DNA of 64,000 nt from NCBI GenBank assembly GCA_013239625.1, contig MU056000.1:1054001-1118000 (forward strand), in the 5' to 3' direction. The first letter of the stretch is position 1. Each line of letters opens with the position of its first letter. This document shows positions 1 through 10,480 of this stretch, piece by piece. The stretch is from Lama guanicoe (lineage: Eukaryota). The translations under genes and the position numbers were made by a program. The notes under the pieces were generated by a model. The model had not been told where the DNA came from. It saw nothing but the letters and a program-made list of their open reading frames with translations, and searched no databases.

Positions 1-620
1 CTTTAGAAATTGAGGGGTTTACTGTCAAAATGAAAATTTCACTTCAAATTATCTTGGCTGATGCTCGCTCGCCAGGCCGAGGGCTCCCGCCGCAGCCTTT
101 TGACAGACACATCGGTGTCGAGCTCCCGAATCTCGATAATATCATCCAAGAGAGCGAAAGTCAATACGGTGACAGCGCCGGGCGGATACAATCCAATTAC
201 TGCGCGGCCGGCGGGGCGCAGGGTCCGCGGCTGCGCCTGGCGCTCCAGGCCTGGGGTTCCAGGCCCCACCACTCAGAGCCGGGTCTGCCCGGGTCCGCCG
301 GCAGGGCCCCACCGCTGGGAGTGTCGCGTGCCATTTCGCTCTCTAGGGTGGTAAACTCTCCCAACGCCTGGCCCGTCAGGCCCACTTCCCAGCACTCCCG
401 GCCTGCCCTGGTCTCTTCCAGGGGCCCGGGACCCCACAGGCCCCGCCCGGTGCCACCCACCCCCTCGCAGAAGAAAGCTCAAGCCTGGGCTGTCCCCTGA
501 CGGGTGCCCACCGGCCCACCTGCAGCTGGCGCCTCTGCGGCTGTCGGTCTGCCTGCCTACTGGCCAAGGGCCACCACCTCCGAGTTCCTGGACCTCCAGG
601 CCGCTGCGGCCCTGCAGGCT
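1..620. promoter_or_regulatory. CpG island downstream of IRX4 with motif-dense 5' part; probable enhancer
   Basis: CpG-rich; three TGACAG/CTGTCA (MEIS/TGIF type) sites plus GATA cores (ttatct, gataat) within positions 20-200. Confidence 0.5.
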
Positions 621-1454
621 CCCGGGACTTCTACGAAGCCCAGCAGGGCCTTAAGCAGAGGGCTTGCAGGCGAGGGGTGAGCCCTGAGTCCAGGGCAAGC
701 TCACCAGCCCCCTGGGGACCAGGCACCTGGCGGGGGATGGGGCGGAGGGGGAGCAAGGGAGGAGTGGGGCGGAGCGGGAGGGAGGGAGGCGCAGCGTCCC
801 CTGTGGGGAGGAAGCCAGTGATTTCCTTCCAGACCCTAGCTGCTGGCCGCCAGCGAACTGGGCTCTGCTGGGGAGGGTGTGAGAGAAGCCAGGGGTCTGC
901 AGGACCTGGGCTCACACCCTCCTGCCCCGCCCCCGGCCATTCCTTCCAGCCCCGCCTCCCTCCCTGCTGAGGGCTTCCTTCTCCAGGAGCCGCAGGCGCA
1001 GGCTTTTGGAAAGGTGGAGGCTCACAGCGAAGCAGCAGGTCCCCAGAGGGAGGGGGTGGTTAGGAGGCCAGGAGGGCGGCGAACGAGCCTCACTCCCACG
1101 AAGCAGGGGCCGAGCGGCGTCTGCGGCAGGCTCCCCACCCCGACAGGGCACAGTCCCGGGGGATTTAGACGTTTAAAAGTTATTCCAGTTTAACTGAAGA
1201 GACTTCTGCTTTCTCGAAGTCCTGGAGCCTGGCCATGGGGGGAGCTGAAAAGTTCGGGGTCTCCCCTCTGCTCCTGTCAGGGGCTCAGCAGAACCCTGAA
1301 AGTTCACCGTGACTGTTCCCGTGAACACGGGCTTTGCCCTGTAGGCGACTCGAGTGAGGATCTGGGGTGACGGCCCCCCCACTCCTTCCCTTGGGGACCA
1401 GCACCTTTCCTCTTCCAAGTTCCCAAATCACTGGGTTTCAAATGCATTCACTTT

Positions 1455-2037
1455 GCAATGCAAACACCATCACTCGGTTTTATTGGTTTTGTTATATTAG
1501 CCTCTGAAGCAGGCAATGACTGGTGTGAACATACATTAAAAAACAGTTTTATCGCGTTAAGAGTGTGCAGTAGTGTGAACTCGGTAGGAGTGCTGCTGGG
1601 GAAAATCACGTGTGCTGAGGATGAACTCGGGGGTCTGCAGGCTGAGGGACGGGAACAAGGAACAGGGGCATGCCTCAAATCCAAAAGAGACAGCAAGACA
1701 AACAGGCCTCAGGACGACACGTCTTCTGCGCGTGAACTTTGGGACATAGACTTTATGCTCCAGGGTGTCTCCCTGCTGCTCTGAGGGCCGCCCTATCCTG
1801 CCAGGTCCCCGAGTTTGGAAGTGGCCCAGCCAACCGACTCCTGCTCAGACGCACAGACAGCTGGGGGCTTGTTTGTGACCCTGGGAAACTGAGTTCAGAT
1901 CCTCCCTCTAGGGTGGTTGGTGGCCTGAGCTCTGCCGCGCCCTTGCCTTGCTTTGGAAACTCGGTAGAAAAGGGATCGGCCACGTTGGAGCCTGCAGCCT
2001 GAGCGCCGGCTTCCTCCTCCCTCAGGGGCCCGGCCAG
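1455..2037 (-). other. IRX4: IRX4 3' UTR (3' end approximate)
   Basis: Lies between the stop codon and a position ~20 nt past the AATAAA hexamer. Confidence 0.7.
1479..1484 (-). terminator. Polyadenylation signal AATAAA of IRX4
   Basis: Plus strand tttatt equals AATAAA on the gene strand, ~550 nt after the stop, followed by GU-rich gtgatggtgtttgc. Confidence 0.75.
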
Positions 2038-2861
2038 TCAGGCGCAGAAGGGCTTGCCGCCAGCCTTGGGCACAGCCAGCAGCTCCTTGGCGGCACCGGC
2101 GGCAGAGGTATCGTGGGGTGCGGCGGGCGGGAAGGAGCGGGCCATTGATGACGTCAACACGTTCGCGCCTGTCCCCAGCGAGCGGCCCANNNNNNNNNNN
2201 NNNNNNNNNNNNNNNNNNNNNNNNNNNNNNNNNNNNNNNNNNNNNNNNNNNNNNNNNNNNNNNNNNNNNNNNNNNNNNNNNNNNNNNNNNNNNNNNNNNN
2301 NNNNNNNNNNNNNNNNNNNNNNNNNNNNNGCGCCGGAGGGGGCAGGGGCTGTGGGTGAGGAGGAGGTGGGCTCCAAGGAGGCGGCCGCAGGGCCAGCGGG
2401 GCCTTGGCGCTTGAGCATGCACGAGGGAAACTCAGTCTGGCCGAGAGAAGAGGCAGCGGCCGCAGTGGCCGTGTGTGCCAGGGACCAGATTCTCGGCTTG
2501 GCTTCGAGGCCCGCCGGCGCCCCGGCCGCAGCAAAGCCCAACTTGGCCTCGCAGGCCTGCGGGCCGCCTCCCGCGCCCGGCTGCTGTTCCGGCCCAGCTG
2601 CTGAGCTCCGGACGCAGCTCCGCACCCTTTCCAGGTCCTGGTCCAGGACGAGCCCACCCCCGGCAGCCAGGGGCATCCGGAGGGCGCCTGAGGCCTCCTT
2701 CCCTGGGGCGCTGGGGCCATCAGGTGTGGTGGGGATGCGCTCCAGGACTCCATCCAGGGGCTGGAAGGGTGGCTTCAGCTCGCACTCTGAGGGCTCCCCC
2801 TCCAGGGGGTCGAAGTCCTCCAAGTCACTGAGCTCCAGATCCTTCTCTTTGCTGATGGACT
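2038..2861 (-). CDS. IRX4: IRX4 coding exon 5 with IRO box (KPRIWSLAHTA, 2467-2499) and TGA stop
   Basis: Acceptor ttccccgcag|AGTCC; ORF 2038..2991(-) ends KAGGKPFCA*; N-run 2190-2329 is internal and keeps frame. Confidence 0.96.
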
Positions 2862-5800
2862 CTGCGGGGAAGGGAGAGAGTGTGTGACCAGTGGAGGGAG
2901 ACGGATGGTGGGGTAACCAGCACCCCACCCCTCCTTCCTCACTCTGAGCCCCTGGTGTGGGGCTTAACCCTGGAGCTAAGAAAGCACCCACGCCTTCCTA
3001 CCCATCTCCCACCTCCTCAGAGGCTCCTGGTCCCCAAAACACCACCAGGGCAGAGCTGATTTCTGCCTCCTATCAGTGGGGCTGGGGTCTAATGTTTTAA
3101 ATGTGATTTTGGATCTTGAAGCACTCTCCTGGCTCACCGCCACAGGCCCACACATGCACATGGCCTTACTCACCCGGGGCCAGTTCATTCCTTTGCAGCC
3201 TAGGCCCTGAGGGTTTGCCCTGGCTCCACGCCTTCAGAGGTCCTAGAACTGCAAGTAGGCACGGGGAGGCGCCGCGGGGCCCCAACCCAAAGTTGCCAGC
3301 CTCCCACACACCTTCACTCTTGGTGCTCTTGACTGGCTGCTCCTGAGCTTCCTCCTCGCCCCCCTCTTCCTCCTCGCCCTCTGCGTACGGCCGCTTCTCG
3401 TCCGAGCANNNNNNNNNNNNNNNNNNNNNNNNNNNNNNNNNNNNNNNNNNNNNNNNNNNNNNNNNNNNNNNNNNNNNNNNNNNNNNNNNNNNNNNNNNNN
3501 NNNNNNNNNNNNNNNNNNNNNNNNNNNNNNNNNNNNNNNNNNNNNNNNNNNNNNNNNNNNNNNNNNNNNNNNNNNNNNNNNNNNNNNNNNNNNNNNNNNN
3601 NNNNNNNNNNNNNNNNNNNNCGCTGTCCATGGTCCCGTACCTGGAGACAGCTGGGCAATGGGGCGCCGGCAGCGGGCCCTGCACCGCCGGCGGCCAGGGC
3701 CAGGGCCAGGCCCACGCGGGCCCTCAGTGGGGGTGTGTCTATGGTGGAAAGACTTGGGTCTTACGCAGGCAGGCACCGCCTTCTGTGGCCCCAGGGCAAA
3801 GATAATGTTTATGTTTGATTGAACGCATATGGCGCCTGGGCTCCTTCTCCAGCGGAGAGGCCCTGGGTGGAGCTGAGCATGGCACAAGGCCCAGCCAGAT
3901 CTCTGTGACTCCACCTAGACATATGCTTCTTTGAGTTCCCTCACCCTGCCTTTCTCCTACCCTTTTGATCCTGAAACTCAGACAGCACTTCACAGAGAGG
4001 TGAACCCAACCATCAACGCCTGTGGGGAGTGGTCACTAACGCCCATGGGGAGAAAGTGCCCGGAGGGCCTGCATGGACTTCCCGCGTTACATTTTTCTGA
4101 TGAGGCATGTTATCTGCTGGTGGGCAAGGACTCCCCTCTCTGGCCCCACACGGGGCAGTGAGCCAGGCCCAGACACATCGCAGGGACTGCCCTCCCCAGG
4201 GTGCAGGGAAGCATCCGAGGAAGCCTGGGCAGCAGGACAAGCCTCCTCGGAAGGCAATCTGCAGCAAAGTCTCCGGGAGTCGGGACAGACGGCGTGGGGG
4301 CGGGGAAGGGGCACTTACTGCATTGGGCCCTGCAGCAAGGCTGGCAAGGGGGTGGGTCTGGGCCTAACCCAAGGGCAGCCGGACTCCCACCCCAGGAGTG
4401 GGCTTCCTCCTGCCGCCCGACCTTTCAGAGGGACCGTGGGAGCAGGGAAGAGGGCCGGATTCCTCACCTGTCATACGGGTACTGGCCCAGCGCCGGCTCG
4501 TAGGGGTAGTAGGCGGCGGCGGCAGCAGGAGCGAGGCCCGCGTGAGCAGAGCCCGGAGTGTCCTTGGAGTCGAAGCTGTTCTGTAGGAGCCCATGAGCCT
4601 AGGGTCGCAGCTTGTGGGAGTCTACCCAGCTCCAGCCCCTCCCCTAGGCCTCCTGGCTCTTGCCTGCTTCCCACAGACCCAGGGGCAGCACCCACCTCAC
4701 CCCCACCTGCGCCCCCTTTCCCAGGCTCTGCCTGGGGTCCTGGCAGCCAAGGAGCCCCGAGACGTGGAGGGAGGAGAGCAGAGTTGGGAGGTGTGGGGAA
4801 CAGGAGACAGGAGAAAGAGAATGGAGGGAGGGAGGAGGGAGAGAAAAGGGTGAGCAACTAGGGACTGGAGGAGGGTGGAGGGAGGGGAGAGGGACTGGAG
4901 AGGAGAAGGGAGGCGAGAAGTGGGGAGGAGCTGAGCTGGGGCAGGGAGGCGGGGGCAACTGGGAGGAGTGACGGGGCAGGGCAGCTAGTGGGAAGCAGGC
5001 CAGGGTGAGCTCCCATGGAACCAGACTTCTAACCAGAACTTAACAGTGAGCCGAAAACAGTAACTACAACAGCCCACCTGCCAGGACACCCCAACCCCGG
5101 GGTTGGTGGTGCTCTAAAGGACCAGGCCAGGTGGTGCAAGTTGAAAGAAGCCAAGGTGTGCTTCTCCCACCCCGAAAAGTCCGGGGTCCAGGTTCCTCAG
5201 CCCTTGCCTCCAGAGAACACGGAAAGTGACTTGGCAGATCGAGGGGTGGGGGCGTGGTGAGGCGGAGAGAAGGTTTGAGACACGCCCCCCATTTACCAGC
5301 GAGTAGAAGGCCGATGCCTCGGAGCCGTAGGTCACGTAGTTGCCGTAGCCCTGCGCGCCCCCGTAGGGGCCCCCGTAGACGCCCAGCGCCGCGGCCGAGT
5401 TGAGCTCGTGGCGCGCGGTGGCCAGCAGCCGGCTCTCGTAGACCGGGCAGTAGACTGGCGCCTGGGCCGAGGCGGCTGGCCGGGAGTCTGCCAGCGTGCG
5501 GCCGCCCGATTCGCAGCACGTGCTCAGGGAGTTGGTGGGCATCAGGAACTGAGGGGAAGATGAGCCGCGAGGAAGGCCGAGGCCCCCGGGCGCAGGCGCC
5601 AGCCTGGGGGCCTGCACCTCCTCCGCCCGCCCCACGCGTCGCCCAGAAGTGCGCGCCCCATGTCCACACCGGGCTGCACGTTCCTTCTTCTGGCAGCGAG
5701 GCTGTGCACCTGGCCTCTTCCAGCTACGTGGGGCCCAGCCTGCCCTGGCTAGTAATGTTCATACCCTGCTCCTGGGTTTCCAAAGCCGCAGGGCACTGGC

Positions 5801-6090
5801 CTGGTGTGCCACGTCTCTCCCGCGTCCCCAGGCCCCCCGCCCCCCAGGGCGTAGGCTCAGGGCCCTGCTCGGGGTGCACGACAAACAAAGCGGGAAATGA
5901 GGGTCCTGCCCGTCGCAGTTTCTCAGCGCCTCAGCTCTCCCCGGGACATGACACGAGGGGCGCGTGGCACAGGCCCTGTTTGATGGAGAACGAGAGCGGG
6001 TCGCTGGATAGCCCGCCTTCCAGCGGCCTCGCGGGGCCCCCTTACCTGGGGTGCCGAGGAGTAGGGGTACCCAAACTGCGGGTAGGACAT
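2038..6090 (-). CDS. IRX4: Iroquois-class homeodomain protein IRX-4, spliced CDS join(6046-6090,5297-5548,4468-4580,3312-3640,2038-2861), 520 aa
   Basis: Translation MSYPQFGYPYSSAPQ-FLMPTNSLSTCCESGGR...YPYDRYGTMDS[N]CSDEKRPYAEGEEEEGGEEE...KPRIWSLAHTA (IRO box)...KAGGKPFCA* matches mammalian IRX4. Exon lengths 45+252+113+329+824=1563 nt (521 codons). All junctions are GT-AG and phase-consistent. Confidence 0.98.
3312..3640 (-). CDS. IRX4: IRX4 coding exon 4 (homeobox exon; the homeodomain itself is in N-run 3409-3620) plus acidic stretch
   Basis: Acceptor tctccag|GTAC (R-YGTMDS); after the Ns reads CSDEKRPYAEGEEEEGGEEEAQEQPVKSTKSE; donor GAAG|gtgtgt; 329 nt. Confidence 0.93.
4468..4580 (-). 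CDS. IRX4: IRX4 coding exon 3 (NSFDSKDTPGSAHAGLAPAAAAAYYPYEPALGQYPYDR)
   Basis: Acceptor ctacag|AAC, donor GACAG|gtgagg; 113 nt, ends in phase 2. Translated by hand; this frame is not in the ORF track. Confidence 0.96.
4760..4985 (+). repeat. Purine-rich (GGA/GGGA) low-complexity tract in IRX4 intron 2
   Basis: Predominantly G/A run, e.g. ggagggaggggagagggactggagaggagaagggagg. Confidence 0.7.
5297..5548 (-). CDS. IRX4: IRX4 coding exon 2 (FLMPTNSLSTCCESGG...EASAFYSL)
   Basis: Acceptor ttcccctcag|TTC, donor CTG|gtaaat; 252 nt; contained in ORF 5114..5635(-). Confidence 0.97.
6046..6090 (-). CDS. IRX4: IRX4 coding exon 1 (MSYPQFGYPYSSAPQ)
   Basis: ATG at 6090-6088 in context cccgccATGt; donor CAG|gtaagg. 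Confidence 0.97.
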
Positions 6091-6418
6091 GGCGGGCGCG
6101 GCCCGGGGCCGGCTGGCCCGGCCGGCGGGGTCCTACGCGCGGGGGCCGGCGTGCCGCGGCCACTGCTCCGGGGCTGCCGGCTTCTAGGCGCTGGGAGGAC
6201 GAAGCAGAAGAGCGGGTTAATTCAGCCACACGCTCCGCAAACTTTTCTAACTGGGTAGGAAAGTGCGTCTCGGCGTCCGCGGCGATCCTTTTAGCGCCAC
6301 AATCCGGAGCCTCGAGGGGACTCTGGGACCGAACGGCCTCGCAGCGGCGACACAAATACATATTTTGCAAAAAGAAAAAAAAATGAGTCGTTCGAATCCG
6401 TCAAGTCAGCGGTGCGCG

Positions 6419-6446
6419 GCTTTAAGCGGCGGAGGCTCTGACGTCA
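6419..6446 (-). promoter_or_regulatory. Candidate core promoter: palindromic CRE (TGACGTCA, 6439-6446) just upstream of a TATA-like TTAAA (6421-6425)
   Basis: Motifs are seen directly. The spacing would put a TSS near 6390-6395, which is an inference. Confidence 0.55.
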
Positions 6447-6559
6447 GCCCCACGCCGCGCAGCCAGGTCTGGCCGCAGACGCGTGGGTCACTCGGCCGCG
6501 GCCGGGCCGGGTGGGGCGGGGACAGGACAGGCGGGCCGCGCCGCCGGGCGGAGGGCGCA

Positions 6560-6790
6560 CGGCTGGAACAAATGAATTTCATTCGAGGAGTCAATATCGC
6601 CCCGACGAGCGGTGTTTCTCCTTAGTCACCGAGGACGGAAGGCACTTTTAATTAGAAATTAATTAATGAGCAGCTGCTCCTTCCCACCCCACTGTAATCA
6701 TTAGTCTCAATTACAAATGAGACATATGAGGGACAGACGAGTGAGTCTTCACCGAAGATGTAATCAACAGTTAAAATTAGCCCGGCGCTG
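6560..6790. promoter_or_regulatory. AT-rich homeodomain-site cluster inside the CpG island; probable conserved element
   Basis: Multiple TAAT/ATTA cores (ttttaattagaaattaattaatg, taatcatta, gtaatcaa) and E-boxes cagctg and catatg, set within very GC-rich flanks. Confidence 0.55.
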
Positions 6791-7634
6791 GCGCAGGCGG
6801 CCGGCCGGCCTCGGCTCTCCGCGCGCCCCTCCAGGTGGAAGGCAGGCGGCTCCGCGGGCCGGCGCGGCTGCGGCGGGCGGCGCGGGCCGACCATTGTTTA
6901 ACCGGGGCTCAGCAGAGCCTCCCGCCTGTTCGAACCCTGCACGGAAATGAGTTCCAGACCCAGCGCGGCGGCATCTGGAGGTCGGAATACCCTCCGTGTG
7001 TGGGTCGGGCTTCCCCAGAGCCCGCGCCCCGGGGCTCGGTGGGCAAGAGGCTTTGCCACTCTCATCCCCGTGCCCCCGGGGAGCCACTCCCCCGCCCAGT
7101 AAGTTCCTGCTCACCCCACCCCTTCCGCGGGCCGCCCTCCCCCAGCCGCCTACCCCTGCCCCTCGCGGCTAAACCCGGGACTGCCAGACAGCCCTGCGCG
7201 CTAGGACGAGCCGGTTTCCCGACTCGGCTCCGGGGCCCCTCCCGCTGCGCTCGCGCCTCCCGGCGACCTTCAGGGCTCGTTCCGGGGGAAGGGACGCTGG
7301 GCGCCGGGCCGAGACGCCCTTCCCTGCCTAGGGCGCAGGCAGCGGTCCGGGGCCAGTCGAGTGCCCACCCCAGCGTTTCACCAGCCGGGCCGGCCCTGGG
7401 ACCTTGCCCGAGTCCTACGCGGAGGCCAGCGCGCTGGCGGTAAGGGGACTCCCGGGCCCCTCCGAGCCCGCTCCCGCCTCGCGCCGCCGCCCTCCGGGGG
7501 TCCGGGCTCGTCCCATCCGCTCTCGCCCAGCCTGGCCTCCCGCGGTCGCCGGGAGGGAGCCGCGCACGGCGCGCTGCGCAGACTTGCTAGGAAAGATTCC
7601 TGGGTTCAGACCTGTGAATCGCCCCAGGGTCACC

Positions 7635-8090
7635 CTCTAATTAATGGTGGCGTCCTCGCCCTCTCNNNNNNNNNNNNNNNNNNNNNNNNNNNNNNNNNNN
7701 NNNNNNNNNNNNNNNNNNNNNNNNNNNNNNNNNNNNNNNNNNNNNNNNNNNNNNNNNNNNNNNNNNNNNNNNNNNNNNNNNNNNNNNNNNNNNNNNNNNN
7801 NNNNNNNNNNNNNNNNNNNNNNNNNNNNNNNNNNNNNNNNNNGTCCGAGCTGCTTGCAACGGAGAATCATCGGAAGTAATGAATAGCCGCTCCATGCAAA
7901 TTATTCAGACAGTTTAGCGTCTGTAGCCGGGAGAGATATATAAAGAACACGAGTCAAATGACATTAATAATTGTTTTTGAATTCTGTATTGATTTCGTGG
8001 CGGCCGTGTTTCTTTCTTTCTCACCTGAATTGCTAATATCACCTTCCTGTAAATAATAAGAAACTAGCCACTGGGGCTTCTGGGCAGAAA
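7635..8090. promoter_or_regulatory. Probable conserved non-coding element, partly hidden by N-run 7666-7842
   Basis: Non-repetitive AT-rich block with taattaat, an octamer atgcaaat, cattaataattg and attgatt motifs. Confidence 0.5.
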
Positions 8091-9439
8091 TGAATCTCTC
8101 AGTCTCTCGCCCGCCGCCTCCTCCCCTCCCCCTCCCCCTCCTCCCTTCTTCCAGTTTTCTGGCTTCTGCTGAGGCTTTTGCCGAACATCCTGCTACTTTC
8201 CATTATTTATTGTTTACAAACAACTCACTCTCTCCTGGTAATGAGGGCGGGGGTGCTGGTGGAGGGAGGTGCACAAGCCCAGGGTGGCCGGGGACTCTGG
8301 GAGCAGCGGTCTCTACTGGAGGGTGGCACTGAGCATCCTTTCCTCACCCCCTTCCCCTGGCCATGGTCCCGGCCCCAGAGATTGAGCGCTCAGCTGGCGG
8401 AGAGGAAGCTACCACCCAGGTCCCAGTAGCCAGTGCCTCAGGGGCTCCGGGGCTAAGCCCAGACCTGCGTTTCGGTCCCCAGAGACCCTGACCATACCTC
8501 TGGGGACCAGAACATGCGACCATTCATTTTCTGAGCAGAACTGTTCACCCTTGGAGGGTGGTAGGCACAGCTGGTCCCTGGGGGCTTCTGGGGGAGGGGT
8601 TTCCGAAGCTTCCTTTGACCATCACTGCGATGTTCTGTTTTCCTTTCCAGCCTGAGTGCGTGAATATATGCTCTGGTCCCCACCCACCCGCCCGCCAGGT
8701 TCTCTCAGGCCAGCCTCTTTCCCTGATCCTGAAATCCCACACCCGCTGCACTTTGCCAGACTGCTGCACAGCGATCTAGCCACCCTGTTTGGGGAAGCTG
8801 GCTACATTAAGGGCTGCTCACCCAGCCCCCACTATCCAATCCCGGAGGCAGGGTTAGCCCCATCTGTCTCCAGCCGGGTGCACACCCCCACATCCCACTG
8901 ACAACTTGTGCCTTGGCTGAGACAGGTCTGCCAGAGCCTGGGTACTTAGTGGGTCATCTTTGTCCTGAAAGGCCCAGCCTCAAGCTGAGGCACCCTGGTT
9001 TCCCTCCAAAAGGAGACAGAGTGTCAGAATCTCAGGCATCATCAGCTAAATGCACTTGTGTAGACTCGGCTTACTGAGCCTACGACCCTCGAGGGAACCC
9101 TGGTTCTAAAAACACCCTCGGACAGGACCCACCAGGAACCACGCAGTTCCCCATAGGCAGGGCAGCAGCTGGGCTTCCGTGAGGTGCCCCCACTGGTCTG
9201 CTGAGTTCGAGAGGCACCTAGGGCGAGGGGGCCTGAGGATGGTTGGCCCCAAAGGGTAGAGGCCTGTGGGTCCCTCTCTTGGCTGTGGGGTGATGTCGGC
9301 CATCGAAACCACGTAGGGCCTCTAGAGAGAGGCCATGTCCTGACCTTCCTCTGCTCCCGGTGGGGTTTCACACCTCAGACTAGCCGAGCCCCTAGAGTCC
9401 ACAGGCCACCCCACTTCCCCTCAATCCCGCACCCAGAGC

Positions 9440-10480
9440 CACCACGGGGGCGGGGGCCTCTCTCCAGCCCGGCGAAGTTGACCCCAGCCAGAGGGCGGGG
9501 GCGGGAGCGCGCAGCACCAGACTGGGGCCTTCTTTTCTGAGGCATAGGGCCGAGCCCCTGGGGAGCCCCTGCTGCCTGCTGCTCGCGGACGCCCGGGCGG
9601 GCGGGGTGCGGGGCTCAGAGGCGTTCTAGATGTCCGGGCGCCACACTCGCCAACCCCGAGGCTGGCAGGTCGCGCCTTCGCAGCCGCTTCTCTGGGGTCT
9701 CCCGCGAATCCAGTGGGCGAGCTGCAGGCGCACGGGTTGAATCCTCCCGTAAGGCCCCGCATTCCGGCCGGCTCCCTCCGGCTCTCGCGCCTCGGCCCCG
9801 CCGCTCGCCCGCTCGCTCGCAGGGCGCCGCCCGAGCCGGGGCGGCGGAATGCAGGTCCCAGCCCCGCGTCGCCCCCCGCGCCCCGCGCCCGCCTGCGACC
9901 CCCATTCCCGAAACTTGCCGCGAACGCGGCGGCCTCCAGAGACCCCACCGGCGGGCAGCAAACTTTGTGCCCTGCAGCGCAGGAGCCATCCTCGCAAAGT
10001 TTGCGCGGCCGAGCCCACTCCCTACCTGCGCCGGGGACGCGCCCGCCGCGCCGCTCGGGCGCCGGGGCCGCGGGGAGCAGCAGCCAGCCCGGGACGCACC
10101 GGGGAGTCGCCGCCGTCGCCGGCACCCGCGCCCCTCGGCGGCCGCGCGGAGCCTCCGCCTCCCCGGCGGGGGGAGGGGTCTCGGCACCCCGGGGCGGGGG
10201 CGGGCGCGGGGACCTCGCCTACCTGCGGTGGCGCCGGGCCGCTACCGGCCGCCCGCGAGGGCTCTGCGCGGCCACTCGGCGCGCGCGCTNNNNNNNNNNN
10301 NNNNNNNNNNNNNNNNNNNNNNNNNNNNNNNNNNNNNNNNNNNNNNNNNNNNNNNNNNNNNNNNNNNNNNNNNNNNNNNNNNNNNNNNNNNNNNNNNNNN
10401 NNNNNNNNNNNNNNNNNNNNNNNNNNNNNNNNNNNNNNNNNNNNNNNNNNNNNNNNNNNNNGGCGCCGCGCACTCGCCAA
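9440..10480 (-). promoter_or_regulatory. Second CpG island; candidate distal IRX4 promoter with non-coding first exon(s)
   Basis: CpG-dense island ~4 kb upstream of the ATG with two minus-strand donors, CAG|gtaggc (exon end 10223) and CAG|gtaggg (exon end 10026). Confidence 0.55.

Larger units (their letters stand above)
5280..7620. promoter_or_regulatory. CpG island covering the IRX4 proximal promoter and exons 1-2
   Basis: Very dense CpG, GC boxes (ggggcggg ~6513-6520), and location over the start codon. Confidence 0.85.

Noticed and set aside
2054-2887. 277-aa plus-strand ORF antisense to IRX4 exon 5
   Set aside because: Typical antisense shadow ORF of a GC3-rich coding exon.
3409-3620. 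IRX4 as a pseudogene or homeobox-less gene
   Set aside because: The missing part is an N-run that preserves frame; all visible exons and splice sites are intact.
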